Below, piece by piece: positions 61,132 to 64,000 of a stretch of 64,000 nt of DNA. Numbering within the stretch: the stretch's first letter is position 1; every line of letters starts with the position of its first letter. The translations under genes were made by a program, and so were the position numbers. A model generated the notes under the pieces. The model was not told where the DNA came from and searched no databases. It worked only from the letters and a program-made list of their open reading frames with translations. The stretch spans positions 30,363 through 94,362 of the forward strand of contig JACCXN010000083.1 in assembly GCA_013696965.1 (NCBI GenBank), written 5' to 3'. The DNA comes from Bacteroidota bacterium (GTDB lineage: Bacteria > Bacteroidota > Bacteroidia > JACCXN01).

Positions 61132-62529
61132 TTATTCCAGAATTATTTTATGGATTTCTGTAGAATTATCCTCAGAATAAATAGCCAGAAAATAAACTCC
61201 TTTGCTTTTTGCATTTTTTTTAGAAAAATTAATCGATGGCATATTTACAACATCCTCTGCAAATACAACTTCTCCGAGTAAATTGAGTAACTCTATCTTT
61301 TTAACAGGTATATCTCCGGCTACATTTATTAAACCGTTAGAAGGATTTGGGTAAACAGAATACTTGTTATTCGTTACTTTGTATTTATGAATACCCACAG
61401 GTGCTTGAACCTGGAATTCATGGGTAAAAGTTTGTCCTTGAAAAACAACTTCAAATCTCCAGCTGCCTGAAGGTGCGTTTGAAGGAAGATTGTATCCCCA
61501 ATACCAATATGAGGCTGAATAATGAGCAGGAGTCATGCTGTGATTCCATGAACCAAAAATGGAGTTATCTGGCCTGTAAATTTTATATGCAAATTCTGGT
61601 TGGCTCGCTGGTCATGATAATAAGCAGCAAAATAAATTGGATCCCCCGGCTGATAATTGTTTTCTGCGTTCATAGAATGAGGATTGGGGCAACTGTTTAT
61701 TACTGGTGGTGCCGAATGAGTCATTAAAACATTCACAGTAGATTCATAATAGGGTTTTTGAACATTCCACATTGAAGGTGCTGTATTGTTACAATCTCCA
61801 TAATAGGGGTCAATAACATTGTTATCGTTATCCTGAATCTCAAAATGTAAATGAGGACCTGTGGATGAACCTGAACTGCCTATCAGTCCTAAGTATTCCC
61901 CTGCAATCACAGCATCTCCGGCTATCTTTGATGTTAATGAATTCATTTTAAGATGACCATACCAAACAACAGTGTTGTCGGAATGGATTATGCAGACTAC
62001 ATTCCAGTTTAAGTTATTCATCGCGCAATTTTTATCGAAATTCCCGTCTTCTTTATATAGAATAATACCAGGTGCTGCAGCAATTACTTCCACATGATTG
62101 TTATCCATCATATTAATATCGAAGGGCCATGTAAAAATATCTTGACCTTGATGGTTATACCCGTTTTGGGTATCATAGGTCCTTACTCCGCAATTGTAAT
62201 CCTGCAAGAGATTTGGAAAATTTGGATTGTGATCAACAAAGTTAGAAACTGCATAATAAGAGTAATAGTTGTAGGTTGAAGCTTGTTTAAGGGGCCAATC
62301 CAATAACACACTTCTACTTTCATTCTTTGGATCTTTTTTAATAATTTTCTTTTCAATGAATTGTTGCCTGTTTTCTTTCAAAATACTGTCCATTCTAGCT
62401 CTTTGTTCAGGGCTTACACATTCTGTATTTGTGAATTTGTACTCTCCACCGCCTTGTGAAATATAATTCTGAGCCTTAACTTAAGTTAATTGTAAAAAGC
62501 ACAAGTGTGAAAATCAGTGTAAACTTCAT
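61132..62529 (-). pseudogene. M23 peptidase T9SS cargo gene with two frameshifts
   Basis: Signal peptide MKFTLIFTLVLFTINL (ATG 62529) is out of frame with VKAQNY...; M23 motifs HQGQD, YGHL, GPHLHFE; second shift at 61591-61593 (restored QNFAYKIYRPDNS...); CTD VYPNP...GVYF...KIILE. Confidence 0.8.
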
Positions 62530-62770
62530 AGAATAGGATTTTAGAAAAACAGTTAATTGCAAAATAAAACTCAAAAAAAAGGGACTAAAAGGTTCGATAA
62601 TCCATTAGAATTATTGATATGTTCAGGTAAAAGTAAAGAAATAAATATAAAATTGAATTAAGGAACAGATGGTTTTCAAAATAATTTTTAAGATGGGGTA
62701 TTGAAATAGTTCTGTCAGAAGGCTTTTTATGATTACCAAAGCAAAATATAAGTAACTAAAAATAATAGTT

Positions 62771-62805
62771 AAAAAAAAGAGGCTGATCCATTTGGTCAGC
62801 CTCTT
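62771..62805 (-). terminator. Terminator downstream of pruA
   Basis: Minus strand AAGAGGCTGA-CCAAATGGA-TCAGCCTCTTTTTTTT. Confidence 0.8.
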
Positions 62806-62826
62806 GATAATGAGAGTGTTGAATTT

Positions 62827-64000
62827 TTAATTCTCGGCCAAAAACGGATACCTGTAATCGGTAGCGGGAACAAAAGTTTCTTTAATTGTTCTTGGTGAAA
62901 CCCATCTTAAAAGGTTAATCATAGAACCTGCTTTGTCGTTTGTTCCTGAGCCTCTTGCACCACCAAAGGGTTGCTGTCCAACAACTGCACCTGTTGGCTT
63001 ATCATTTATGTAGAAATTGCCGGCTGAATTTGCAAGCATTTTCGCACCCAGTTCAATTGCGTATCTGTCTCTTGATAATAGCGCTCCAGTTAGTGCATAA
63101 GGAGAAGTTTGATCAACAATTTTAAGTGTCTCTTCAAATTTTTCAGCTTCGTATACATAGATAGTCATAACAGGCCCGAAGAGTTCCTCGCACATGGTCA
63201 CATACGCAGGGTTTGTGGTTAAAATTACAGTAGGTTCAATAAAATAACCTTTTGATTTATCATATCCACCACCGGCAATAATTTCCGCCTCCTTTGAACC
63301 TTTAACATCGTCAATAAATTTAGCTAATTTGTCAAATGATTTCTCATCAATTACCGCATTAATGAAATTTGAAAAATCTTCGGTTACACCCATTTTAAAA
63401 GACTTCATATCTTCCAAAAGATTTTTCTTTACATCGTCCCAAATGTTGGAAGGAATGTAAGCCCTTGAAGCTGCAGAACATTTTTGGCCCTGGTATTCAA
63501 AAGCTCCTCTTGAAATAGCTGTAGAAACTTCTTTTGCGTTTGCTGATTTATGAGCAACAATAAAATCCTTTCCACCCGTTTCGCCAACTATACGAGGATA
63601 GGATTTATAAATATGAATGTTGTTTCCAATGGTTTTCCAAATATCCTGAAATACGCCAGTAGAACCGGTAAAATGTATACCAGCAAAATCACGGTGAGAA
63701 AAAATCACATCGCCAGCATCCGGGCCTGAAACATAAATAAGGTTAATAACCCCATCAGGTAAGCCTGCTTCCCTGAATACTTCCATTATAACATTGGCAG
63801 AATAGATTTGGGTGTTTGAAGGCTTCCATACAACTGTATTTCCCATTAATGCAACACATGAAGGAAGATTTCCGGCAATGGCTGTGAAATTAAAAGGCGT
63901 AAGGGCGAACACAAATCCCTCTAAAGGCCTTTGTTCCATGCGGTTCCACATTCCCGGGTTTGAGTCAGGTTGTTGCTTATAAATCTCCGTCATGTAGTGA
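62827..64000 (-). CDS. pruA: 1-pyrroline-5-carboxylate (L-glutamate gamma-semialdehyde) dehydrogenase, 5' end beyond window
   Basis: PFNFTAIAGNL, FTGST, GETGGKD, EYQGQKCSA, EELFGP, YALTG, NDKPTGAVVGQQPFGG; frame stays open to the window edge. Confidence 0.93.
   Translation of the reverse strand, partial: HYMTEIYKQQPDSNPGMWNRMEQRPLEGFVFALTPFNFTAIAGNLPSCVALMGNTVVWKPSNTQIYSANVIMEVFREAGLPDGVINLIYVSGPDAGDVIFSHRDFAGIHFTGSTGVFQDIWKTIGNNIHIYKSYPRIVGETGGKDFIVAHKSANAKEVSTAISRGAFEYQGQKCSAASRAYIPSNIWDDVKKNLLEDMKSFKMGVTEDFSNFINAVIDEKSFDKLAKFIDDVKGSKEAEIIAGGGYDKSKGYFIEPTVILTTNPAYVTMCEELFGPVMTIYVYEAEKFEETLKIVDQTSPYALTGALLSRDRYAIELGAKMLANSAGNFYINDKPTGAVVGQQPFGGARGSGTNDKAGSMINLLRWVSPRTIKETFVPATDYRYPFLAEN

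Noticed and set aside
45363-62529. General long-read indel error as the sole explanation of the frameshifts
   Set aside because: All core genes, many with long homopolymers, are intact; breaks occur only in accessory cargo genes and come with deletions. Not fully excluded without reads.

Overview
AT-rich Bacteroidota chromosomal window. The phylum call rests on type IX secretion (T9SS) C-terminal domains, TAnnTTTG -7 promoter boxes, DUF2851, PspC, WG-repeat and fused E1 alpha/beta dehydrogenase genes; a Flavobacteriales-like lineage is an inference. Most of the window is intact core genome: branched-chain acyl-CoA metabolism (enoyl-CoA hydratase, fused 2-oxoacid dehydrogenase E1, IcmF, acyl-CoA dehydrogenase, PaaI thioesterase), two CPA2 cation/H+ antiporters, a marR-pirin-yceI operon, mltF, apt, ftsK-lolA, speA / arginase-argS, ffh-folD and a truncated pruA. 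Five T9SS cargo genes are interspersed, and two of them are broken. I saw no tRNA, rRNA, CRISPR array, integrase or transposase. The most notable unexplained structures are: (1) two paralogous DUF4412-like proteins, one soluble and one lipoprotein, beside ftsK-lolA with visible LolA-like motifs; (2) an unannotated, internally deleted second folD whose differences from the intact copy are mostly synonymous; (3) a tandem-duplicated PorE-like protein with no OmpA domain; (4) an arginine gene hub with ARG-box-like palindromes on both divergent promoters; (5) a tandem ATGT-N4-ACAT operator and a (TTTA)8 microsatellite in the marR-pirin-yceI operon. All family assignments come from motif recognition by eye; no database searches were run.
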